A stretch of DNA of 62,209 nt, counting the filler, from Choristocarpus tenellus KU-1152 (Eukaryota; Protista; Phaeophyceae): NCBI GenBank assembly GCA_964200185.2. It is 12 parts of 12 records of this genome, joined end to end, with 100 filler letters (N's around TTAATTAATTAA, not from the genome) between each part and the next. Parts side by side here need not be neighbours in the genome. Positions count along the whole stretch, not along the records: positions 34,957 to 38,000 come from CAXNAD020022728.1; positions 38,101 to 44,430 come from CAXNAD020008367.1; positions 44,531 to 48,875 come from CAXNAD020015000.1; 9 more parts are not named here. One strand, written 5' to 3'. Numbering within the stretch: position 1 is the first letter of the stretch; each line of letters starts with the position of its first letter. A program made the translations under genes and the position numbers. This document shows positions 36,572 through 48,975 of this stretch, piece after piece. Below the pieces are notes generated by a model. That model saw only the letters and a program-made list of their open reading frames with translations, did no database searches and was not told where the DNA came from.

Positions 36572-37179
36572 CTGTAAGAGATCAAAAGAGGCCAAAGAGC
36601 AGGGCAGAACAGGGCAGAGCAGATTAGAGCAGGGCAGAGCATGTGACCCACTTCATATCAGAATGTTTAGGTACATTATTTTTTCCGTTTCAAAAAACAC
36701 ATCTATGTCCAAGGACAAGGCCATATTCATTCACCATGGCCTATCACTGACCTCATTTCCACAAAAATCTATTTTTATTTGTTGTAATAATAATATTAAT
36801 AACACTACCGTGTACTGCATACCCTGCTTTTTTTTAATCCTCTTGTAACTGCCACAACAATCAACACAATCAGGAATGGGATATTAAGTACGTGAGGTAG
36901 GAGATATTTCCTGGCAATTTTATGAACCTCTCAAAACATACAGAGTATACTAAGGCTTACATTTTGTTATTTATATATATAAAAATATTGTTTTGGTAGA
37001 TACATGGAAACCTTAATGAATACAATGCAATATATATATTTTTTTTTTCAGATCATGAAGAGGAATAAAAATTAGAGAGAAAATGAGCAAAAGACGACTG
37101 CAACTCTACTTGACAGATCCAACACCTTTTCTGAATGCACACATAGAACTCAGGTCAGGGACCCCTCAGACAAATGTGA

Positions 37180-37565
37180 TAAATAATAATACTACCAATG
37201 GAAATAACAGTAATACTACTGCTAGTAACAATCAAAATAATACTAATCATGATAATAACAATAATACAAATACTATTAATAATAATAAAAATACTACTAC
37301 TAGTGATAATAACAATAATACAAATACTATTAATAATAACAATAACAATAATACTACTAACTATAATAGCAATAATACCAATACTAATAATAACCACAAC
37401 AATAATACTACTAACAATAATAACAATAATACTAATACTAATAAAAATAATGCTAACAATGACAATAATAACATAATACTAGTACTAATAATAAAAATAA
37501 TACTAAGGAAAATAGCAACAACAATACTAAGGATAACAACAATAATAATAATAATAATAATAACA
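37180..37565. repeat. Imperfect (AAT/AAC/ACT)n microsatellite
   Basis: Direct inspection. Confidence 0.9.
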
Positions 37566-37940
37566 GGTCTGATACCCCTCAAACCAATGTGATAAATAAT
37601 AAAAACAAAGACAATAACAACAGATGGAAACCCTGACGTGGTGGAGTACCAAGGCGTTCAGTTCAGTTCAGGCCACACAGCCCATCCCACAGAGCATCAC
37701 GCCTCAAGCATTCACTACAACTCCCCAAGTACTCTGGAGGCAAGGCTACGACAGACCCTTAACAAAGTCTCCTTCCACCTTCAGGACATGGACAATACAA
37801 AACAAACCTGTCCCAAAACAAACCCCTCCAATTTCCATCAGTACTACATTGGAACCACCACCACCTGTACCAGCAACAATAGGGACTCCCTCCTCCATCC
37901 TGTAACGAGATGATGCCACACCCTCACCGGGTAAAACAAG

Positions 37941-37972
<32 letters not shown>

Positions 37973-38471
37973 ACCCCCCACCCCACCCCCATCCCCCCTA
38001 NNNNNNNNNNNNNNNNNNNNNNNNNNNNNNNNNNNNNNNNNNNNTTAATTAATTAANNNNNNNNNNNNNNNNNNNNNNNNNNNNNNNNNNNNNNNNNNNN
38101 CCCCCCAGATACTTTGAGCCTCCTAAACTCTAAAATGCTTTGGCTCTTTTTCTTTTTTTTTGGCTAAGAAAAAAACGTTTCGTACAGCTCCAAGAGACGA
38201 GTTGGGCAGTTGAGGTTTCTACGTGAAGGAAATCTCCACTGGCATCAATGCCAAGCACCTTCCACAAGAATATACTCCAGTAGGTCGTGTGAGCTCAATA
38301 CAATGCGATCTCTGCTTCGTTGCAACGTCTCCCTCCCTCCCTATTGTTTTTTTTTTTAGCTATCGTCGTGATTGTAAAAAAACAAAAAACAAAAAAAAAC
38401 GTGCCTGCACTGACATAACAAATTCCCAGAAAATGTGATCGTGCACACAATCTTGAACACTGTTTGACAAG

Positions 38472-41453
38472 GTGGTTCGGGCCTTGGAAGAGATGTGCTC
38501 CATGGCTTACGAAGATTGCGCGGCGTTGCAGGTGATGGCAGGCGTATCCAAAAATATTTTTTCCCCTTCGACCCTTGCCGCTCCATCTAGATTTGGGATC
38601 TATCTGCTTCGAAACAGTCTGCTCTATTTTTTTTGAGGTGCCTCCTGCTCTTCTAAGGGAACAACTGTGTGAGGTGGTAGTTGCCATGTCCAGTGTGAGC
38701 CTTCTACCATCGCTCATGACCATTTTCTTCTCTCTCCTTTTTTTTTCACCCAATTCAGATAGAATCTGATTCCATCTCTCTGCGCAAGGCTCGTTCTTTG
38801 ATAGAGGATCACGCCACCATGGTGAGGCTCAACGAGAAAGATAAGAAAGGCGAGGACAACGCTCATAGTAGGAGTGTAGGGCCCTGCCATACAACATATG
38901 CACCGAATTCCCAGGGCATAGGTGCTTCTGCGAGCAATGTAGGCGGAACTAAAGGTTTCAGGCAAATGAGAGATTAAGATATCATATAGCCTGCTTGTTT
39001 TTCTATCACATCATGGACTGCCTGGACAGAGATCAAGTGTAAGGAGTAGGAAAAACGTTAGAGCACTACCAAGGGTCAACAAAGGGAAACAAAACAAAAA
39101 AATCCATGGAAGGCTGGTCGGTGTACTTACATGTACTGCAAGCTTTACTATGTTGACTACAACTCTAATTGTTTGCTTTATTGATCTCTTTTGCTCATCA
39201 GACGCCGAGGCGCGCCACGACTTGCCACATGACTGGTCAGACTTGGAGCCAAATATGATAATGAGCTTCAACCAATCAAAAGAGACCGACTCACTATCAC
39301 TCATGGGAGCTCCGCTCAATAAAATTGTGGTGCTTGGGGCAAGGGTCGCCAAGGAGCAGGTAAGAAAATAGGTGTATGGACAGGAATGATACCCAAGTTG
39401 ACATCGTGGGCAGGGGTTGCAGGATAAAAGCGTTCCATTGGCCCAACACAATACATAAAAAGTTCCATTGGAGGGTATGTTCCTGTCCATACCAAGTCCA
39501 CAACTCACTGTTACTCCACATACTACAAGAGTTCGGATGAATACTCTCACGTGTTAGGCATCCTTCAAACTCATGAGGGGAAGAGCAGCCGACTCCACAC
39601 GGAATGCCTCAGGTATGATGAATAGAAACGCTACAGGGCGTGATTTTTGAGAACAGGGGACTAACTTTGAGCAATGGTGATGCTAACTTGTTTTCCTGCT
39701 CATGTAGATGCTGTACCTTGCCGGCAACACTGTGACCGTTTCTTCATGATATCTAGGATGGCGATGAAGGTGAAGACTGCACATTCAACAACCTACCTGA
39801 CCTGGACAAGAGAGGCATGACTGCTGACCAGCGGTTGTACAGAATGAAGAAAGAAAAGGATGCACTAGAGGAAAAAAAGAGAAGAGAATTTTCTGCCTTC
39901 AGGTGAAAGGGAAAATGGGAAACTGGAGGATGTCCAATGCACGTAATGGTGGGCGCGCATGTCGCACTTGGCATGCACTTTTTCTTTTTTTTTGCCAGCG
40001 TTTATACGGTGTGAATTCTTTGTAACCACTCTTGGCTGTATTTTATCTCCATTGCACGTGAAGATTAGCCAGAAAACGATCGACTGAGTGAATGCTTGAA
40101 TGTCCTTGGCCTGTTGGCCAGTGCTGGGATGAGCGCAGGCATTCCACTGTGACAAAGATCGCTCCTGGCAATCTCACCAAGATATAACGTATTTCTCATG
40201 CTGGCGCTCAGATCCTCATCTCAGATCCTGGCTCGAGATGTCTGGATTTAAACCTGGAGATCATTTCACATGTCCAACTATAAAACCATGGTTTTTGATC
40301 ACATTGACAGTTCCATCGAGTCGAGTGGTTAGAAAACAGTCGGTGGAAAGATTTTAATTCTCAGGGTCTTGTAACTAGCACAGTCACCTCGAATGCATCT
40401 CGGATGCAATCACCACCTAGTGACAGTGGTCGCTCTTGCACACCCCGTTGGGATACTGTTTTGCCGATGTTGTCACTGAGACAAACATTTGGGATCCTGG
40501 CGGCTGTTTCACTCTCCCAGTGGTCATAAGGAAGTGTACTGGAGGTATATTGGGCACTCTTGACTTCTCACACTTTATAGCAACCATCAGGGATATCTTC
40601 AAGTGCAATTAGCCATATTTGATCACAGTGGTTGCTTCTGAAATAACTATGAGATACTACACCGTGAATGTCACTGCTGAAATCACCTACTCTAATCCTA
40701 CCTCTATCGCGTCACTCTCACCAGAAAAAATGTCAAAATATGCCCAGTTTGTTGCATGGTTTAATCCTCTTGAAATTATGTAACGCACATATGTCAAGAT
40801 GTTGAGATTTCAGTGAGCCACTGGGTCATCAGTCCCATGTGAGACCAGTACCCCCAGTAACTGTATCTCAATACCTTGACAACATAAGAGGCTAGGGCAC
40901 GGCTTAAACTGCGGACTATTACCCCAATAGTCCTTCCATGCTCCCCATGGTCGTAACAATCTTCTTATTTTGTAGTGAGTATGTTGTCTGGACCCCTCTC
41001 CAGTCCACCCTAACCCTCCCTCTACAAACCATTTTGAGTCCCTGGTCCTTACAAGAATACCATTGTCAAAAAAATTATTTGGTATGATTCACATTGTCTC
41101 CCCTCGAGCACTGCACAAATCAAAATTCCTGAATCTTCCCCTCCTTTTCTTTTCCTTTCCTGAAATTTGACACTGCTTATGCCTACAACCTCTAAACTTC
41201 TATCACCCACATCTGACTAATTGAATACGGGCAGTCGATCAAAAAAACGTGAGATAAGAGCTCACAAACGCCTTGTCATGGCAGAGAAACATGCCCGACG
41301 CATGGCTGCCTCTGCTGCACCCCTTGAGCTGCTGGAAACATTACAAGGGCTTGGCAAAGACACGTATGGTATGGCTGGGTTGGAGGAAGTCCAAGAGACT
41401 TTCGTGGAGAGCATGCGATCGCGAATCCGAGTACGACTTCATGCAACATCTAG
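38472..41453 (+). CDS. Unidentified multi-exon protein (partial, helical/charged)
   Basis: Phase-compatible, stop-free exon chain 38472-38531, 38759-38821, 38915-38954, 39202-39359, 39757-39902, 41235-41453 with AG/GT borders. No recognisable domain. Confidence 0.55.
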
Positions 41454-43776
41454 GTGTGAATTCGACTTTGGGTTTGTATCAATAGATACATTGTGGACAT
41501 GATCAATGGAGTGAACGGGGATGATGAAGAATCGGCAGAAAATGTAATGTTTAGGTCTTGTTCTGTTGAATAAGGATGCGATTTGGCTTACCAAGGGACT
41601 AACATCCAGTTGATCCCACACCCATCACCACCACATAACAACATCAATAACATGAACAGATGGAGAAGAGGAAAGGAGAAGAGGATTGATCAAGCTAAAA
41701 ACAACGTGGGGATGGGGGAGATAGCACGCCGCCGACTTGTAGCAAGCTCTCGCTTGACACCACCCCCTCTGTCACAAAGAAGACAACCATAAAGCATTTA
41801 TAGAACAAGGTTGTCATTGGCAATGGCTTCCTTTGTACGATAGCAACGGATATATATATATATATATATATGTACATGTATAGTGTGTGCATACACACTC
41901 ACATACACACATAAACATACATAAACGCTACGTAGAATTTGATGCTTTGCTACATCATCATCTGAGCATTAAAAATACCGGAAGAGGTCAGCTAGTGCCT
42001 TGCAGAAGGCAAACAGGACTATGATTCGTTAGTTTTGAGGAGCTTCCAGCCACACAATAAGTGTGTGCATGGGTGCAATATTATTTGTAGTCTTTACACC
42101 AACATGGACGACAATCTTCAATCAGTTCAACAACAAGTTATCTTCAAATTTGTTGGTGTTGTGGAGCAGGCTAAATTCTTCACAACCAATCATGCTTGAC
42201 TGAAACTGAAGATGAGTGTTTTTCTGTCCACTTCTAGCACATAACGAGGCCCTAGACCCCTTATCTCAAGGATACACACATAATACACCATCTAGGAAGT
42301 GAAAAAATATCAGATTCTGAAACTCTGAAAAGGCGTCTCCTCTACTAACAAAAGTGGTAGGAATCCTTTCGTGACATGTCAAAGAAACCTTACTAAGTGC
42401 TGTCCATAGCTCTGGAAACGTATCTCAGACGTCCCTGCATGTGCTGAGTCAAGCTAAAATCTACAAATATCACCAACATCGAAAGGATTAAATGGTGATC
42501 AGATCCGTCCTTATTACCGCTATTGAGAAGACCTGATCAGAGGAGAGGTATTCGACAACAAGTGAAACAAGCTGCCACTGACTTGAGGTTGTGTTATAGA
42601 GGGAACTAGGGGATGGTGCTTCAGAGGCACGAACCTCACTCAGCACTGCTGGTGCTTACTGTGAGGCTGCAGTCGTGCCAACAGCATCTAAGGACAATTG
42701 TGTCGAGAATGTGCTTTGGTATTGGCGTTGAGGGCATATCACATATTTTGTCCACAAACCAGATTGACTGCTCCTACAACTATTTTGTTCAAAGTAATGA
42801 AGAATTTGGGTCGTGAGAGCAATCTACAGAGTAAGTACATACTCCCCTTCACAGTACAGTGATGCAAAATAATAGTGACCTTTGCCAACAAATATTTCCT
42901 CGCAATAGTCAACCTCATACGTCTTGCAGTTGCCTCTTCTAACAAAGTTTTACTCGTTTCACATCCAAATCAAAAAGTGGGTTGTGTAACTTGTGCGTCT
43001 TATTAGTTATGCTGGGACCGAAACAGAATTGCTAGCACTGGCAACAACTACTATAATATACCAATTTGTTGTGTGAGTGGATGATCAGGAGCAATGCTAC
43101 CTGCAGATGCACAATATTGTTCAGGACTCTTGCAAGAGCGGAGATTGATCCACACGACCAATTGAGCAACATCCACTTGCAACATCGTATATTGCTTGCA
43201 GATCCAAAGTGTGAAACCTTGTCGATGTGACCAACTGGTTGAACAAGGAGTCTAGCTACTTCAAGTTGATAGAGCCAAACGAAATAGCCTTGAGAAACCA
43301 TCATGATCACTTTTTCAATTTGTTACCGAAACTATTATTAAGTGGTTCTTTAGTTGAAGTGTTAGGTCTGATGTTCCATGTATGTTTTGTGTACTTGTAG
43401 TAGTATGTTGTATGTGCTGTATCCATGTTCTTGTTACTCAACTGTCCCACTTCTCGTCTCCTTTCTTGTAAGACATGAAGCAACTGATATGCGACTTGTC
43501 TCTTCTTTGAAGGGAGAATTGATTGAATGTAGTAAATGTTTGGAAGTTACAACTTGGGGTAGGAATAAACATCACATTGTTTTTCTGTTATATACAGGTT
43601 ATTTTGTACGTATATATGTAAGTTGTACCTACATCTACATTTAAATACAGGAACAACAAAAAATTACGAAAAACATGTTGTTCTTGGTACTAGACCCATT
43701 GCCGGTCGTCCTATTATACTTACTCCACAACAACCACCACAACACGACATCACACCTCTCTGTTTTCTTCTGAAGT

Positions 43777-44271
43777 GAGTCAAAGTAAACGTGAGGTACC
43801 CAGGATTTGACTGTTTTGCATTTTAAGTCTGTTTTTCAATCTTTGCAATTCATTCACATTTCTATGGATGAAGCTCTAAGTTTCACTTGAGAGCATTTAT
43901 TTCTCTATTATTTGAGAGCCAAAGTATACAAGAAGTACCCAGGTTTGGCAAATTTAAGTCAATTTTTTAATTTGTTTCAATTCACACATATTTCTATCGA
44001 TGAAGGTGCTAAGTTTACCTTGAGAACGTTTATTTCTCTATTGTTTGAAAAGTTTCCACACAATTAAAAAAATATCCTACACATATTTGTTCAAAATACC
44101 GAAATTTGCACATGTTTGTCAAATGTAACCCTTGGTACATCTCACGTACTTTGACTCTGAACTATTCTGACAACAACAACAAAAAATATCCTCTCCGCAT
44201 TTTTTTGACAAAGTCGAGTTTTGCGCATATTTGTCAGCATCCTTGTGGGTACCTCTCGTTTACTTTGACTT
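43777..44271 (+). mobile_element. MITE family B with a second family B copy nested inside (43916-44157)
   Basis: Outer TIRs GAGTCAAAGTAAACGTGAGGTACC / GGTACCTCTCGTTTACTTTGACTT with TSD AGT. Inner GAGCCAAAGTA...TACTTTGACTC with TSD TGA. The inner copy is collinear with the rejoined outer halves. Confidence 0.88.
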
Positions 44272-44562
44272 AGTACATACCCTTGACATACTAAGAATAA
44301 TGCTACCAGTCGAAAAAATAGCACTACCACAAATGGCATCCTCAGTACCAGTACACGCCTTTAACAATGGATATTAAAAATTGAGGATGGAGCGTACTAT
44401 TGAGGATGGTTTTGACCGAAAATGGTGCGGNNNNNNNNNNNNNNNNNNNNNNNNNNNNNNNNNNNNNNNNNNNNTTAATTAATTAANNNNNNNNNNNNNN
44501 NNNNNNNNNNNNNNNNNNNNNNNNNNNNNNTTTTTTTTTTAACTCACCAGGGGGTAAGAGGC

Positions 44563-44717
44563 GGGGGGGGGGGGGGGGGGGCTACACTAGGGTGTCCATT
44601 CGGACCCTGACCAGGAAAAGTGAACTTACATTATCCATTCGAGACGTGCAACCAAATCACCAAAAAATCGTGACATGGAAAAATGGGTCCCAATTGAACA
44701 GCTGCCACCCCTCCCCA
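44563..44717 (+). mobile_element. MITE family C (poly-G/poly-C type), degenerate copy
   Basis: GnCTACACTAGGGTGTCCATT..TTATCCA..ACCAAATCACC..GCCACCC matches 52240-52437. Confidence 0.75.
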
Positions 44718-46435
44718 GCTACTCTATGCCTCAGTTGATTGTAAGGATTCGTCCCATATACTTGTGGCAAACCCTGTTCAACCTCAAGTGTCACCTCTCT
44801 TGCCTACTGCAGGTATGCACCAACGTAAGTGATGGCTATGTTTGTGTCTGGTCCTGATGCCGGAAACACAATACTTTTATTCAACAACCTGAAGGGTCAG
44901 ACTGTGAGGTGGTGTGAAGTTTGATCGTTCTCTGGAAGTACGTTTGTAGGAGTGATTTAGTCTTCTCCACCTTCTGAGGCAATCGGTCTTGTATTGCTTT
45001 TGTAAGGAAACGCAATGGGGGGAGGTGTGTGTTTGGTGGTGATAGTATTGCTGATGGATATGTTTGAATTAGAGACAGGAAATACTTTGGTGTTGAGAGT
45101 TAGTGTGGTACGAGATGACTGATGTATTGTGTTGGTGATGGTTGATGGTGTAGACAATGCTAGGGTATTTGTGCGTTCATAAGCAGGGAAAGTCTTGATT
45201 GCTGCACATTCTTTTTGACGTGTCAGACGGAGGGATAATTTCTCTCTTCTTCCATTTAGCATGCTGTGTCATGTCCTGTGTTCTCAGACCTGCTATAGGA
45301 GAGTTGCGTTTCTGTGTTTTGTACTGGTGTGTAATGTCCAACAGTATGCTCTGTGTCAGGTTTCGCTCAGCATGTGCCAATTACAAGGTACATTGCTTGA
45401 TTTTTTTTTCTGTGGGGTGCGAGTGGGGTAAAGGGTATCTTGTTTGTGGGAATGTTGATTATCTAACACCATCACAATGGAAATTGCGTAAATGATCTTT
45501 GCTGTCTCTATTTATTTTTCATAGTGAACCGTACCGTTTGTAGGTATGTGTGGTTAGTTCCATAGTGGTGCTTGAATAGCGTAGGATTTATTTGTGTTTT
45601 GGATGTGCTTGAATTGTGAGTGGTGTTTTGTTCAATGCAGGCTTACTTTTGCTGTAATGGCAAAGCAGTGGAAGGGTAGGGGTATGGAGAAGTGTCTCGA
45701 GAGTTCCTTCACCTGTAAGCAACACTTGGACAACAGTGTGTTTCAATGATTACATGCCTGATACTTCAGGAGTCGCCGCACATTGTGGTTTGTAGAGTGT
45801 TGTCAGAGGATACTGTTGCTTGGAGAGTTCAGTGATAGCTATACTACAGTACTGTGGTACTGTGTATCTTAAAAATCTTCAAGGTTTGGTTCGAATTTTT
45901 TGATTCTGTGCAGTGGACCCTGTACTATTTCCCTGCAACTATTATCTGCTTCTTGGTATGTTTGTCAATCCAGTGTTCCTGTATAGTGTGGGCAGGATGT
46001 GTTGTTGGTGTCAGCGTTTGCACATGTGATTTTATCCGATTTTGCTGCCCTCAAGACTGAAGTATATAATTAGTTCAAGAACATAAAATTCCTCCTGTCT
46101 GAATTCCGCTAACCACTGCGATTGGATGCAAAGGTGGTTGAAATAATCCTTAAGAGTACAAACAATCCTCGTGTGCAATGTATTGTAGTGGTCAATAGTG
46201 CTGGCAGTTACAAGGTTGTTCTCTGTGTGGTTGAACCTTGTTTTCACAATGGACAGGGGCACGAGGTGATACTCCACTGCGAAGAGAACCTGAAGTGATT
46301 TTGGTAATGCTACTATATGGTTTGGTTTCACCCTCCTCTAGTGCATGTGCAAACACAACATAATTGATTGTCGTGTGCCCACACAATCTCTTCAACAGTC
46401 AGATTGTATATGTAAGTGTGGGTGTGATATCTAAT

Positions 46436-46692
46436 GAGTGAAAGTATCTTAGAGGGTACGAGTTTTTGCCCTGTTTGTCCATTTGGCACTTGGCTTGCCT
46501 TGGGGTTTTTATTACATTTTCCTACTCCAAAATATTTCGAAGTAGGAAAAATGTATACGTTATGAAAAGGTGTTCAGAACAATGATATTGAAACTTCCTA
46601 ACAAACACGATAGCCAAAATTACATCGAAATTGCAATATTCGATTTTGGCCCTCAAATGGACGCGGCTCTACCCTCTAAGATACTTTGGCTC
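46436..46692 (+). mobile_element. MITE family A, intact 257-bp copy
   Basis: GAGTGAAAGTATCTTAGAGGG...CCCTCTAAGATACTTTGGCTC with TSD AAT (46433-35 / 46693-95). Internal stem-loop at 46513-46555. Confidence 0.92.
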
Positions 46693-48674
46693 AATGCTAG
46701 GGGTACATACACATAGTAAGTACTTGACTCTGCACAACGTTTCTTGTGTGGATCTTGTGAGATTAATGTTGCACACATTTCCTTTCCTGTTTTGGAGACA
46801 AGAGGAAGAGACCACCAAAACCCCATAATAGCACTCTTTTTTGACGAACAGTTGAAAATTGAGATTCTGGTGACATAAGACACCCAAATCCACATCTAAG
46901 AGCAGAAAGTTTGTTGAAACAGGTACTTAAAATGTAGTGACAATAGTTTCCATACAAGCCAAACACTTTGAGAGGCTGCGGGCAGAATCTAGAAATTGGT
47001 GGGATATCATCAGAATCTGTTGATGAAGTGAAGGATGGAAATAACTCCCATTTTGCTCGTGACCATGTTGTGTCTATGTCACTTGGTGTGTGTGCTCCAG
47101 ATCATGGAGTTGAGTCACTTGAAATATTTTTAACACATGCGTAGAAATTGACTAGTGCATGCCACACTGCCCAACTTCTGACCCTAAGAAGTCAACTTTG
47201 AGTGGTATTTGTTGCCGTACTGCCACTATTGAATCGTAGCATCAAAATATCCTAGGAGGAAAATATTTTTGACCATTGTGTTGTTGCTTTGAGGGGCTTT
47301 AAATTTGTGTTGGATGGTTTGTCCGTGGATTGGAGGGTGTGCAGGGAAGCAAAAGCCAATAACAGTGGCACTCCTCCTCTAGGACTCTTTGCTTGATTAT
47401 GTACTCACAGTAATAATGGTAGGTCTGTATGGTACCATGGTGCTGTAACAGAGTCCATCGTAATAACAGGATTATTATTATGGGTATGTAACGGTATACA
47501 GTATGTATTTAACAACCTGACATGAGGGATCCCACAGATAATATACCATCAGGTTCCTCGTTTGTCTTGTGATTTGCTCTGCTGATGAATTCAGCAGCAG
47601 TAGGACCACACCACACAGCAAATAGTTTGAGAACTGCCTACAATTTGTTGATACAAGTACACAAATATACCTAATGTATCGTGACGTCAGTGGCAGACTG
47701 CTTGAAACCGTTGTATACTGTCTTAAGATAAAAATGTTCCTCCTAATACTAACATTTATACAACAGCGTTGTGTCGTTGCGTGCCTACTGACACTTTGCA
47801 GATGGTTAACAGGGGGGAGACAATAAGAAAACGAAAAGAAGAGTCAATATGCAAACTACTATTGCTCGAACAATACCTTATTTACTAATGATGTCATCGT
47901 TGTATTAGTTCCAACAAAGGTCTATGTATTTTTTCGTACTATTACCAACCGCTGAAACAATAGTTAGACGCTAACACATCCGCATACATAAACGCAATCA
48001 TTTTCTACTGTACAGAACCCCCCCCGCGAGATATTATGATTACTATACAAGGAACTGCAGGTGGTGGTGCATCTGTTACAGGCTGCTATTGAGCCTGCCG
48101 AAGTTGGTTTATAAGGACGACCATAAATGTAGACCCTCACACAACACAACCACAGCAAAAAAGGGACCACAGCGTGGGTTCACATGGTAACCAGGAAGAT
48201 ATCAAAGCAATATCAGGAACTATGAAGCAACAACAAACGTGTATTCAATGTGTCTTTGTTATTGTACTCAGTAATCCTTTGCTTGAGGGACTGAGGCAGG
48301 AAATGTCAATTCTGTTTTGGAATTGTGTGTGTTATTTGAACCTACTCATTACTAAACTTCTTTTCAAATTATTATTTTTTTCGATCATACAAAGTTCATG
48401 TGCCAAGCACCACAGATCTACATCTGTACTATTCCATGCTTCACTACCATCAAAACAAAAAATATAACGAGGTGGCAGGGCTTCATTGCAGAGTGACGCC
48501 GAGGCAAGCAAGTACTATTACACAATACTTGAGGAGGTAGAGGGAACGACAAGCAGTGAGATGGCTGAGTCCAACACTTGGGAAGCAAGACTTGATTGAG
48601 TGGAGGTATCAGTTATAGTGCAACAGGTAGTTTAAAAAAAAGTAATACAGTGTGCACTGACTCTAACGGTTCAA

Positions 48675-48802
48675 ATTATCTAAAGGGGGTGGAGGCTGTC
48701 CATTTTGGGGCCAGTTTTTTTGGGTGATTTGGTTCCATACGTTGGATGGATAATGAAAGTACACTCTTCCTGGTTTTGGCCCGAATAGACACCCTGGTGT
48801 AG

Positions 48803-48835
<33 letters not shown>
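48675..48835 (-). mobile_element. MITE family C, reverse copy
   Basis: Reverse complement of the 52240-52437 core (GACACCCTGGTGTAGC followed by a long C tract). Confidence 0.75.
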
Positions 48836-48837
<2 letters not shown>

Positions 48838-48975
48838 TCTGTCACCTCCTCTCCTCCCCTCACCTCTAATGTCCANNNNNNNNNNNNNNNNNNNNNNNNN
48901 NNNNNNNNNNNNNNNNNNNTTAATTAATTAANNNNNNNNNNNNNNNNNNNNNNNNNNNNNNNNNNNNNNNNNNNN

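Noticed and set aside
36023-37592. His/Tyr/Ile-rich and Asn-rich ORFs
   Set aside because: Products of simple repeats without domain signal.
44820-46400. Possible degenerate TE coding region
   Set aside because: No motif I could identify with confidence; needs translated profile search.
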